From Octopus sinensis (lineage: Eukaryota), in contig NC_043001.1 of NCBI RefSeq assembly GCF_006345805.1, positions 930,001 to 994,000 of the forward strand: a DNA stretch of 64,000 bases, given 5' to 3'. The number at the start of each line of letters is the position of its first letter. Position 1 is the stretch's first letter. Below are positions 24,728 through 36,187 of the stretch, in pieces. The notes below the pieces were generated by a model that had not been told where the DNA came from, did not search any database, and saw only the letters and a program-made list of their open reading frames with translations. A program made the translations under genes and the position numbers.

Positions 24728-27700
24728 ATCATCATCATCATCATTTAGCGTCCGCCTTCCATGCTAGCATGGGTTGAACGTTTCAACTGGGGTCTGGGAG
24801 GTCAAAAGGCAACACCAGGCCCAGTCTGATCTGGCAATGTTTCTACGGCTGGATGCCCTTCCTAACGCCAACCACTCCATGAGTGTAGTGGGTGCTTTTT
24901 ACCTGCCAGACGAGACTGGCAAATGGCCACGGTCGGATGGTGCTTTTTACGTGCCACCAGCATGGGGGCCAGGCGAGGCTAGCTATGGCCATGATCCGAT
25001 GGTGCTTTTTACGTGCCACCGGCATGGGGGCCAGGCGAGGCTGGCAATGGCCACGTTCGGATGGTTCGCTTATGTTCCACCGACACTGGTATCACAGCTA
25101 CAATTTCCATTGATGTTGATCGATTTTGATTCTGATTCTCACTTGCCTCAACAGGTCTTTACAAGTAGAGTTTTGTGTCCCAAGAAGGAAAGGTATGCAT
25201 AAGTGGACTGGCTACATCCCAGGTAGAGGCCACGGGTTATGGTCTCAATTGTCCTGCCGGGTCTTCTCACGCACAGCAGACTTCCATAGGTCTCGGTCTC
25301 TAGTCATTTCCTCAGTGAGACCTAAAGTTTGAAGGTCATGCTTCACCACCTCATTCCAGGTTTTCCTGGGTATACCTCTTCCACAGGTTCCCTCAACCAC
25401 TAGGGTGTGGCACTTTTTCACACAACTATCTTCAGCCATTCTCGTCACATGACCATACCAGCGCAAACGTCTCTCTTGCACATCACAACTGATGCTTCTT
25501 AGGTCCAACTTTTCTCTCAAGGTACTTACACTCTGTCGAGTACAAACACTGACATTACACATTCATCAGAGCATACTGGCTTCATTTTTGCGAGCTTACG
25601 CATATCCTCAGCAGTCACAGCCCATGTTTCACTACCATGTAGCATGGCTGTTCGTACACATGCATCATACAGTCTGCCTTTTACTCTGAGCGAGAGGCCT
25701 TTTGTCCCCAGCAGAGGTAAGAGCTCTCTGAACTTTGCCCAGGCTATTCTTACTCTAGCAGTTACACTTTCAGCACACCCACCCCCGCTACTGATTTGGT
25801 CACTTAGGTAATGGAAGCTATCAACTATTTCTAGTTTTTCTCCCTGGAACGTGGTAGAAGTTGGTCCCTGCGCATTTTCAGTGTTTATTGCTCCTGAGCA
25901 TCTGCCACATACAAAAACTATTTTCCTAGTTAGCCTTCCTTTGACATTGCTGCACCTCTTATGTGTCCATAGCTTGCACTTGGTGCATCTTATAGAGTTT
26001 CTACCTATACCTTTACTATAGATCGAGCAGGGCCATCTACCTGAAGGCGTTTGTGATTTGTCTACCTTCCTACTTATTAGGACTTTGGTTTTAGCTAGGT
26101 TGACTCTAAGGTCCTTCGATTCTAATCCTTGCTTCCACACCTGAAACTTCTCCTCTAATTCTGATAGTGACTCAGCAATTAGAGCAAGGTCGTCAGCATA
26201 GAGGAGCTCCCAGGGGCATCCTGTCTTGAATTCCTACGTTATTGCCTGGAGGACTATGATAAATAGGAGGGGGCTGAGGACTGAACCTTGGTGGACCCCA
26301 AACTCTACCCGGAATTCTTCACTGTACTCATTGCCAACCCTCACCTTACTAGCAGCGTCCCTGTACATGGCTCGCACAGCTCTCACTAACCATTCATCTA
26401 TCCCTAGTTTCCTCATTGACCACCAGATAAGGGATCGGGGGACCCTGTTGAAGGCTTTCTCCATGTCAACAAAAGCCAGGTACAGGGGCTTATCTTTGGC
26501 TAGGTATTTCTCCTGCAGCTGTCTTACCAGGAATATAGCATCAGTAGTACTTTTCCCTGGCACGAGCCCAAACTGCATCTCATCTAAATTAACTCTCACT
26601 CTAATTAGTAACCTTCATTACCTGATCCAACAGCTTGATACCTCTGTAATTATTTGTATCTAGGGCACCACCTTTACCTTTGTAGCAGTTGACTATTATG
26701 CTGCTACACCAGTCATTGGGTATGACTCCTTCGTGTATCACCTGGTTAACTATATGGGTGACTAGGCTATAGCCGACACTACCAGATATTTTGGGCATCT
26801 CTGCAGTAATTCCTGATGGGCCTGGGTCTTTCCCTGTCTCCATGCTTCTAATTGCCTTAACTACCAAGGAACTGTCAACTCGGATAGCTAGTCCCTCTGT
26901 TGGGCCGACATTATTCGGCAGACTCTCTCTTTATTCCCATTCATTTTCTCTTTATTATCAGAGCAAAATCACGCAAAAAAACCTTTCATAGAGTGGCGTC
27001 TCCAAACAGCTCTCCTCCCTCTCTTTTGCAACCAAATCCAATCCTCATATTCACAGCTCACACATTCAGTCAGCGTCATTCTTCAATTCACAGCAGCAAT
27101 TTCTCTCCTACCACATCATGATTTTCTCTCACACACTGTCTTGCAACCAGAAATACTTCAAGTCTTTCATCCTCACAGCACAGAACATTGGCAAATTTTT
27201 TCTTATCTGCTTCCATTCTGGTTAAATACACCTGCCTCCAACTTCCTTTCTGGCAGTCTGGTACAATTCCCTGCTCCCACCGTTCTTCCAGTCCTCCCAA
27301 GCTTGTTTCTTTTGTCTACTAGCCCTGTCAACAATATTGTTCCACCATGTTATTTTGGGTCTTGAGGGGACTTTGCACCAACCAGAGGTCTGGTCAGTGG
27401 CTCTCAGCAGGTTGTCCCTTAGAGACCTCCAGTTGTCTTCTACCCCATGTGAAGCTATAACCCCTTCTACTTCGTCAAAGGCTTCAAGTAATATGTCCAT
27501 AAGTCTCTGTCCATTCGCAGGATCTTTAAGCTTCCAGATCCTTCTTCTCCATGTTGGTCGTCTTCTGGTCGTCTTCTTAGTCCTGATCCTAAAGTCACTA
27601 ACTACCAGTCTATGTTGTGGGGTACATTCTTCGCTTGGGAAGGTTTTGGCATTTATAAGCAACCATCTTTCCCTTTTTCTGGCAAGGATGTAGTCGATTT

Positions 27701-28181
27701 GGCTAGTATGTCGGCCCGATCGGTAGGTGACGAGGTGGCTGGTAGGTTTCCTGAAGTTAGTGTTGCAAACCATAAGACTATTCACATCGCAAAACTCCAG
27801 CAGCCTGGTTCCCTCCTCGTTGCGGGAACCATAACCGTAGCCTTCATGTATGCCATGGAAGCCCCCAGCATGTCGTCCAACATACCCATTGAAGTCACCA
27901 GCCACAAAGAGAAGGTCCCTGTCGTTCATCGATGAGGTAGTCTGCAATAGGGTGTCATAGAATCGGTCTTTCTGTCCATCGGGTAGCCCTGGCTGAGGGG
28001 CATAGGCCGATATAATAGTTGCAAATCCATGATGAAGCACTAATCTAATCTTAAGTATTTTGTCGCATACTCTGACTACCTCGATTACCTTATCTACCCA
28101 TTTTTCAACAATAATTATACCCACGCCCTCAACCCCGTCAGTGTTCCCAGCCCAGAAAATCTTGAAAATCTTGTACCTCAA
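24728..28181 (-). mobile_element. Near-complete but decayed RTE-clade LINE (5' truncated within the endonuclease)
   Basis: Collinear EN, RT and C-terminal ORF fragments, then a 3' UTR with tandem units and a (GAT)n tail. Confidence 0.95.
25245..28181 (-). pseudogene. Disrupted RTE ORF (APE endonuclease + reverse transcriptase)
   Basis: EN motifs GVGIII, SAYAPQ, AGDFNG, NEEGTRLLEFC, QIDYIL, QHRLVVSDF. RT motifs QFGLVPGKSTTDAIF, FVDMEKAF, HQGSVLSPLLF, LLYADDLAL, VNLAKTK. Broken by stops and frameshifts into ORFs 27222-28181, 26601-26867, 26234-26599, 25526-26140 and 25245-25562. Confidence 0.95.
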
Positions 28182-28566
28182 AAATATGTTATGAGGTTTT
28201 TGTGAGCAAGCTACATCCTTTTAGACCAAGATAGACTTGGCCATTCAATAAATAGTGATTGGTTAAGTACTAGGGTAAATACGACCGAGTAAAATCCCCC
28301 AAATGGTGCCCCAGGAAGGCTCTAATGTAAAAGAAAGCTTATATCATAAACGAAGATGAAGCTGGAAGTGTGAAAACTGAACAAATTTGTGAGAAACACG
28401 AGGCAACAATGAAAGCATCTTAGATTGATGTGGGTGGAGATAACACCAGCATATGGTGGTGCTCCAATATGGCCACAGCCTTAGGGCTTAATCGTATAAA
28501 AGAATAAAAGAATATGAATTAGAGAAAACAAAGATGAAGATGGTCTTCACAAAATTTCAAATTGCT

Positions 28567-28886
28567 CGTCTGAAAGATAGAATTAAATACTCTAAATACA
28601 TCTAGGTTCATCATTTTGGGTAAACAGAGTTTTAAAAAAAAGTTAACTCCCCCCTCATTAACACAAATCATAAATTTATAAAGACGTTGATTACTCCCAA
28701 ACAAACTAGTTTAGACTGTATTCGTCTGAAAGATAGAATTAAATACTCTAAATACATCTAGGTTCATCATTTTGGGTAAACAGAGTTTAAAAAAAAAGTT
28801 TAACTCCCCCCCTCATTAACACAAATCAATAAATTTATGAAGATAAAGTTGATTAATCCCAAAACAAACTAGTTTAGAACTGTATT
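28567..28886. repeat. Tandem duplication of a 156-bp unit
   Basis: CGTCTGAAAGATAGAATT...ACTGTATT at 28567-28722 and 28723-28886. The second copy differs mainly by small insertions. Confidence 0.9.
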
Positions 28887-30402
28887 AGCTTTTCCTATTG
28901 CATCGTTGACTTTATACAAAACAGAGACAGACTATTTTTCTTCTGTTCATGCATCACTGTGTGGTTAACAAGCTCCCTTTGCAATCATAAAGTCCCATGT
29001 TCAACCCCTACTGTCCCCACACTTGGATTTGGCCAATGTATTGGAAGTGAAATTTGGTGAAGCTCATTGAATGTGCATGTGTGTGTGTGTGTGTGTGTGT
29101 GCATGTGGATGTGTGTGTGTACATGCATGTGCATGCCTGTGTGCAAGTGTGTGTGTGTGTACCTCTATAAACCAGTGTTACTACCTTGTGATATTTAACC
29201 CTTCGAAGGAAAGGTAACTCTAAAAGTGATGTAAGTCAAGGTAGACTTAACCATTTGCTAAACAGAGATCAGTAAAATGGGTTCCTGATGAAGTATTGAA
29301 GTCAACACAACTAAAAGTCATTAAAGATGTGGCCCCAGCATGGCTGCAGTCTGATGATGGTAATTAGTAAAAGAATAAAGTAATCTATCTACCAAATAAT
29401 GTCCTATTATCTTAATTATTCAATTCTGATTAGTCTAGGATTGCTCATTATTTCTTTCTTTTTAATGAGATCAGTCTAGATGACATGCTGTCTGACAGTT
29501 CTTTTGTCATCACAGACTGTTATGATGACAATCTCTTATAGAATCAAATGACTCAAAGACATGAACAACTTAATTAAATCTCAAAACTTTGCTCTCAACA
29601 ACTGGAGCAGATTTTCATTATTTTTTCCAATTTCTCTTAGTCTCACCCATATTAAATTCTCTCTGGTGAAGTTGATCACTTCTCATTGCTAAGGCTACAT
29701 CTGACAAAATAATAACTGCAATTGGCCTCTGATAAGTAAAAATAAACACCACTCAATAATTTAGTCTTATTTCACAAGCAATTCTCCTGTGTAAATATAA
29801 ATGTAAATTATAAATAATTTGGTGAAATAAAAATAACTTATAAAGAAGGTTGGGGCTGTTTACTCTGCTGCCAGTGTTCAGGCCAAACCAAAATTTCTCC
29901 AGTTTTTCTCTTGAAACATTGACTTTTAAAACATTCTGGTATGTAGGCATTGGTGAGGTGAGGGCTTCTTAAGAACCTGCTCAGAACCATTCATTCTCTG
30001 TTTTACATCTATCTCTCCATGCTTGCATGAGTTAGGTGAATGCATATAACTAAAGCATTGTTTTACAGCCAAGTACCCTTCCTGTTGCTCATCCTTGTCT
30101 GTTGGGGGTTTATCACTCTATCATCCCTGAAAAGGTGGGACTAGCAGCGGCTTTGTTGAGTGGGATTATAAATGTGAAAAATATCCAATATTAATGGAAA
30201 GAGCAGTCAAGGATTTCCTTAACGGTTCCTTTCCTTCTGATTTATAAAAAATAACAAATAAACCAAATTTAAATTCAGGTTTATTAATACCTAAAATACA
30301 AACCATTCAACCATGAGATATTGACTCTGTTTAGTTGATGTGTGGTCTGTAAATTCCATCTAGAATGATGATCCAAGTCATTCAGAAGATGGGTCAAGAT
30401 CA

Positions 30403-30750
30403 CTTTTACTTCTTTCAGTAATTGGACAGTGGCCAAGCTGGAGCAGGCTTTGAAGGGTTTCATCAAACCTAGAACTTATTTTTTAAAGACTGGTAATTAT
30501 TCTAATGGTCTCTTTTGCCAAACTATTAAGTTATAGGGTTGTAAACAAACCAACATTAGCTGTCAAGTGGTAGTGGGGGACAAACACAAGCACACACACA
30601 TACATGATGAACTTCTTTCAGTTTCTATCTATCACATTCACTCACAAGGCATTTATCAGCCTGGGGCTAAAGTGGAAGACACTTGTCACAGTGGGACTGA
30701 ACCTAGAACCTTGTGGTTGGGAAATAAACTGCTTACCAAACAGATATGTA
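30403..30750 (-). mobile_element. tRNA-derived SINE (long family)
   Basis: Collinear with 40350-40756. Confidence 0.7.
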
Positions 30751-31544
30751 TCTAAAATGAAATTTTAATCTTATATTTGTTTTCTTTTTAAGGAAATACC
30801 CATTTCCCAACCCACCAATATTTGTATTTATTCAATTTTATTCATTTATTAATAAGTTGTTAATTGTTATAAATTAATATTGGTTTACACAGTGATTCTA
30901 AATTACTTTTATAATCAGTAAATATTGCCAAAGTCTTTGTAACAATTGGTGTGTATGATATTCTTCATTTTTCTGTGAGAAGCTAAAAAGAAGAGATATC
31001 AGAAAAAGCTACATAAATTAAGATCTTCATTTTGAAAAGATATACCTTAATACATGTCATAGAGAGCTTCAACATGTCATAGAGAGTCAACATTTGAGAG
31101 TCAGAACAAATCTCATGAGTCAAGGTCTTCCCAAGGTCAAATTTTCCTCTCAGCTGTTTGGAGTCAATCAAAAAGTACCAACAGAGAGTGGTGAATTGAC
31201 AGAACTGATGGAGGATCAAACATGAGCTCTTGTGGCATCTATTCTGGCATTTTGTTGTCTTCTGACAGTAACACCAACAATGATATTAGTGCTAAGCTGC
31301 AATGCTTTCAAAGTGGTGATATTTTTTTACCTTTGATATCATTGCTAGAATGGAGAAATAGTGCCTTACATGTATGAATAGGAGCCAGTCTTTTCCAAAA
31401 ATACCTTGCTTAAGCCTATGGCTGCAGGTAAATAGGTAAACCCAATTGACAGAGAACCTACAAGCACAGTATTTCAACCACTTAGGATCAAAACTGAGGC
31501 CTACAATTCACAATGTAGACATTTGTATTTACTTTATATATTAG

Positions 31545-31745
31545 TTTCAAATTTTGACACAAGGCCAGCATTTTCTGGGGAGGGTATGAGTTGATTATAT
31601 CAATCAAGGTGCTCAGCTGGTACTTTTTTTATCGACCCTGGAAGGATGAAAGGCAAAGTCAACCTCAACAGAATTTGAACTCAGAACATAAATACAAATA
31701 AAATGCATTTTGCCAGGTGCAGTAACAACTCTGCCAGCTCATTGC
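31545..31745 (-). mobile_element. tRNA-derived SINE (short family, tail type B)
   Basis: GGATGAAAGGCAAAGTCAACCTC..GAATTTGAACTC, as at 8520-8720. Confidence 0.65.
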
Positions 31746-32545
31746 ATTTATTTTATGGATTAAAACATGTGAAATATAGAAAGAACTCTAATGAGATTGT
31801 AATCTATAGATTATAACTTTCTCCATACAATTGACTTTTTGATGGGGGTCGGCCAAGGTTCATCTATTTTGATTTAGCATCTGATTTTCCTTTATGCTAG
31901 CTTTTGTCACTTTTATAAGAAATGGTTCCAGTTATCTTTGAGCATTAGCATGTCTGCTTCACTCTAAGAGATTTCCTTTCTTCTCGATGACATTTTTGTA
32001 CAGCCTCACCAATTCTTCCATTTCGAAATTCATCACACTTTCACATCACACATATTCATGAATCACAGCTGCACAACTTTATTTCTTCTGGTTTGCACCA
32101 AACCTCATTTCCTTCTTCACACCATATTTCTTTATTTTATCTTTTTACGTTTCGCTTTCTTCACCTTTCATGCCTCCATTCTTGTTGCCAGATTTAGCTT
32201 TCTTTGACTCTGCATTCAAAATCATATTGAAAACCATATTTTCGATTCCATGAAGATCGCTTCAAAAGTATCATCTCATTCCACTAAACATATCAATTAT
32301 ATTCAATGAAATACAGAAACGAGATTCAAATAATCCAACTAACGGAATTAGATTTAATAATGCATTTAACTAGATTTTCTTTTCACTCTAACCTCAGATT
32401 AACAAATTATCACAGCTATTTCGTTATGCACTTTCGTTCATCAATAAATTATGAAGATAAATTACTAATATATACTGTTATTAAATTATTCCAGTCTCAC
32501 ATGTAAACTTTGCTCAATAAAATGCATATTTAAAGCTATATTTAC

Positions 32546-32609
32546 CAATAGTTATAATTTTTTGTCTGCAGTGTGGCTTCTCTTGCGGAAATACCAATGT
32601 CTGACTTAC
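32546..32609 (-). other. Candidate 64-nt exon or recursive-splice exon of an unidentified minus-strand gene
   Basis: Minus: TTTTCTTTTTTTTTTTTTCTTTTTCCAG|GTAAGTCAG...TATTG|GTAAAT. Two frames are open (VSQTLVFPQEKPHCRQKIITI and KSDIGISAREATLQTKNYNY). Confidence 0.4.
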
Positions 32610-33136
32610 CTGGAAAAAGAAAAAAAAAAAAAAGAAAATGATTTTAAACGAACAAGTGATAATTACTGTAATAATCAGAATCAGACAACATCTACAAAAG
32701 GAAGAAGATAAAACAAGAAAAAAATAACAAAACATAGTTTTTTTTTTAAAAAAAACATTAATTAACATTTCAATTTAATTCAGCTTCAAGTAGTAACAAC
32801 TACAGAATTAGTTTGAAGAAGTAAAAAGAAAGAATAAGTAAATAAATAAAATGATGAAAAAAAAAACAAAATGTAAAAAGTAATTTCAGATGAGAACCAC
32901 TAAGATTAATTTATTTTAAATTTGTAATTTCTGTTTAACTTTGAGCTAAGTAAAATTACAAACCATTACCAAACTAGTTAATGAGGATGATGAGAGGAAT
33001 AAGTAACCTTTAATAGAGAGAAAACATTTAATTGAGGATGTGTGTGGGTGAGGAAGGAATCCTGGCAATCGCTGTTGAGCATTATTAACCTTTCACACAA
33101 GATCTACTCATTCACTCTCGTTCATTAGGTGTTAGA

Positions 33137-33196
33137 ATTTAGACATAGGGCAGCTCTGATTGGACAATTTAGACGTAGGGCAGCTCTGATTGGACA
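33137..33196. repeat. Two 30-bp direct repeats, each with an ATTGG (reverse CCAAT)
   Basis: ATTTAGAC(A/G)TAGGGCAGCTCTGATTGGACA occurs twice. Confidence 0.85.
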
Positions 33197-33531
33197 CTTC
33201 AGTGAAACATAGACAACTTCAAATATTACAGATCACTATCAACTGCAAAGGAAATGTGTACACTTCCCAAAAGATCTTCTTTTCTCCATTTAGGGGCCAT
33301 CAAAAGCATAACTTTCCCAACTGATCTCGCATTTTTCTTTTATGTTTTATCTTTTACTTGTTTCAGTCATTAAACAGTGGCCATTCTGGGGCAAACCTTG
33401 AAGAATTTTTTAGTTGAGTGAAACTTGGTATTGTTTTATCAGTCTCTTTAGCCAAATTGCTAAGTTACAGGGACATAAACACAGACATAAAGACACAGAC
33501 ACACAGATACACACATAATGTGTGTGTGTAT

Positions 33532-33566
<35 letters not shown>

Positions 33567-33582
33567 TTATATATATATGTAT

Positions 33583-34010
33583 CTTAATATATATAAAACT
33601 GAGAATGTGTGTCTGTCTGTCTGTGTGTTTCCCTAAAACCTGAGAACTACACAACCAATTTCATTCAAATTTTACACATGCCTTACTTAGGGTCCATGTA
33701 GTTTCATGGGCCAACTTCTTGCCTAGAGCGAGCCCATAGCAATATCATATCTTCTCCACTATTTCAGTATTACGTGTTAAAAGTGAAAACAAAAACGTTT
33801 CTCTATTTTTAGGTCAGATACTTTCACTTTAACAATAAAAATAATAATAACAATTGAATTATATGTAGTAAGTAATAATTAAAATCAAAATAAAGTATAA
33901 TATAATTGTAACATAATAAAGTGAAAATAGCAATTGGTATAAATTGCATCAATGACTTTTGAACTTGAATAAGTGGTTTCACATGAATGGGAATAAATTT
34001 AAAAATAAAA
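33583..34010 (+). mobile_element. Helitron-like element, 5' portion
   Basis: TC..TATATATAAAACTGAGAATGTGTGTCTGTCTGTC start, matching the termini at 37281 and 37439 and resembling 49635. No 3' hairpin nearby. Confidence 0.55.
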
Positions 34011-34055
34011 TTAGCATGCAGAATGGAATAGTCCAGATGGATAATAAAACATTAA

Positions 34056-34103
34056 ATTAAAGAAAAGACTATTGTCTATAAAGTATACAATGTAGAGAAA
34101 AAG
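34056..34103 (+). pseudogene. 5' piece of an older gag-like ORF interrupted by the element at 34104
   Basis: Translates IKEKTIVYKVYNVEKK, similar to RRTIKYKVFMNGGRK in the inserted ORF. Confidence 0.5.
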
Positions 34104-36187
34104 GTCGGTTTTTTTGCGCTCTGTAAAATTCGTTAAAAAAGAACAAAAAGTGAATTTGTGGTTGCGGAAGTGGAAACGTCGGTTGGTGCGGTTTCGCGTC
34201 GCACTGGTTCTGTGCGTCGCACGTTTTCTGTTCGGGAGGCCGTTTTTTGGTCTGAGGCGACTATGAGCCGCCTCTACCAAACGGATGAGATGGAAGGGAG
34301 AAATTTCTCTGAAAATTCGTCGACATCTGAGGAGGAGGGTTGGCGGTGAAAAAAATGGAAAGCACCTACGCAGGTATAAGAAGAAGTCAACAGAAAAAGA
34401 GTATAGACCTGGCTAAGTTGACGGACTTCCAGGAGTTCATGAGGAGGAGGAGAACAGAGAGGTTGAGCTGTTGCCTCTAGCAGGGCGCGGAGACTGGTCC
34501 ATCGTTTAGAACCATTAAATATAAAGTATATGAATGGAGGTAGAAAAATGGAAAAAGGAGTGATTAACATGGAAGCAATTGAAGAGGCTTTCAAACAGAC
34601 AGGAGAAGAAATTGTGTACATGACAAAAGGATTAGAATATGGAACCATAACGGTACAATTTAAAATTTGGTCTGAGGCGACTATGAGCCGCCTCTACCAA
34701 ACGGATGAGATGGAAGGGAGAAATTTCTCTGAAAATTCGTCGACATCTGAGGAGGAGTTGGCGGTGAAAAAAATGGAAAGCACCTACGCAGGTATAAACG
34801 AGAAGTCAACAGAAAAAGAGATAGACCTGGCTAAGTTGACGGACTTCCAGGAGTTCATGAAGGAGGAGGAGAACGGAGAGGTTGAGCTGTTGCCTCTAGC
34901 AGGGCGCGGAGACTGGTTCCATCGTAGAACCATTAAATATAAAGTATTTATGAATGGAGGTAGAAAAATGGAAGTGATTAACATGGAAGCAATTGAAGAG
35001 GCTTTCAAACAGACAGGAGAAGAAATTGTGTACATGACAAAAGGATTAGAATATGGAACCATAACGGTACAATTTAAAAGTGAGAAAGCAGCCAGGAATA
35101 TAGCAGCCAAGGTGGTGAGTACAGAAAAGTTTTACTTGTTCCCCTCGTATTTGAATAGAAGGACCACCAGAATTAGGGTGGAAGGAATACCTCCACACCT
35201 AGAGGGCGAATTAATAACGGCTGCGGTTATCAAAGGAAATGAAGATAAAGTGGACATCCTCCACGCCATTATGAAATATGAAGGCGTGAGAGGTGCCACA
35301 CTAGTAATAAACATACAGACGGAGGCGGAAGTTATAGAAAAGCTTACGGACAGTATAAAAACTGGAAATATTATTATGAGAGTGTGGGTGGAGGGTAGGG
35401 CGCCCAGGTGCTACAAGTGTGGCCTGAGGGGTCACATAAGAGCCTACTGCCCTCCCCCACCAAAGGAAAAAGAAAAGGAAATTGTCGCGGAAGCCCCAAA
35501 AGAGGAAGAAACCAAAGAGAACCAAAGGGAAAAAAAACGACAGAAGAAGAGGAGATGCAAGCAGAGTGGGAAGAAGGAAGAAAAAGAGAAAAGAAAGAAA
35601 AAGAAAAACTGTGCGAAGCCCCAACCCACCCCAACACCACCCGCACCCTCTGAATCCCACCCTTCCCCTGCAGACAGTGAACCCACCCTCTCCCCTCCAA
35701 CAAGAAAACAAAAGAAAAATACAGACAGACAAGAGTTTGAAAACGAACCCAGGCCGAACATTTATATTGTGACTGAACAGAAAGAGGTTGCAAGGGTAAT
35801 GGAGGAGTATGAATGGTATGAACTGGATGGGACCAGATATATGCAGTGCTGGAAAGAAGAATATTGATGAGTTTGTGTTGAGGTGTGAGAGGGAGAATTG
35901 GGAGGTGAAGGATACAAGAATGAGCGATGAATTCGTGGAATATATGGAGGACAGTTTCGGAGTAAGAATGGATATGGATGGTCTTCGTATTGGGAATGAA
36001 CATTCAGGTGACAGTGAAAACAAAAGGACAGGTAAGTGATGCTGGCGGAGGGGGCCGTTAGCATCGCTTTCATATTATCATTTTTTCATTTTCATTTGCT
36101 CATAAATTTAATCATATTGTTCTATGTCCCCCATGTTTTGTTATGTCCGCCATTCTTCGTAGCCCCTGGTGGGTAATAAAGAAATAA
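34104..36187 (+). mobile_element. Gag-only (RT-less) non-LTR-type retroelement
   Basis: CpG-rich 5' leader, a single ORF1/gag-like ORF, then directly a ~150-nt 3' UTR ending AGCCCCTGGTGGGTAATAAAGAAATAA. No pol sequence. Internal 420-bp duplication (34246-34665 / 34666-35079). Confidence 0.7.
34683..35867 (+). CDS. Retrotransposon ORF1/gag-like protein with CCHC zinc knuckle (394 aa from the ATG of the second repeat copy; probably continues by frameshift to 36039)
   Basis: Within ORF 34530-35867: CYKCGLRGHIRAYC (CX2CX4HX4C), preceded by the ORF1-type segments YGTITVQF and RIRVEGIPP, followed by a Lys/Glu-rich and Pro-rich region. The acidic continuation 35809-36039 is in another frame. Confidence 0.75.
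   Translation: MSRLYQTDEMEGRNFSENSSTSEEELAVKKMESTYAGINEKSTEKEIDLAKLTDFQEFMKEEENGEVELLPLAGRGDWFHRRTIKYKVFMNGGRKMEVINMEAIEEAFKQTGEEIVYMTKGLEYGTITVQFKSEKAARNIAAKVVSTEKFYLFPSYLNRRTTRIRVEGIPPHLEGELITAAVIKGNEDKVDILHAIMKYEGVRGATLVINIQTEAEVIEKLTDSIKTGNIIMRVWVEGRAPRCYKCGLRGHIRAYCPPPPKEKEKEIVAEAPKEEETKENQREKKRQKKRRCKQSGKKEEKEKRKKKKNCAKPQPTPTPPAPSESHPSPADSEPTLSPPTRKQKKNTDRQEFENEPRPNIYIVTEQKEVARVMEEYEWYELDGTRYMQCWKEEY

Noticed and set aside
34530-34682. N-terminal 51 aa of the 445-aa ORF as a genuine domain duplication
   Set aside because: It derives from the tail of the first, frameshifted repeat copy. The family start is more likely MSRLYQ.
35301-36073. Minus-strand ORFs of 240, 209, 105 and 103 aa
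   Set aside because: Antisense shadows of the purine-rich gag ORF.
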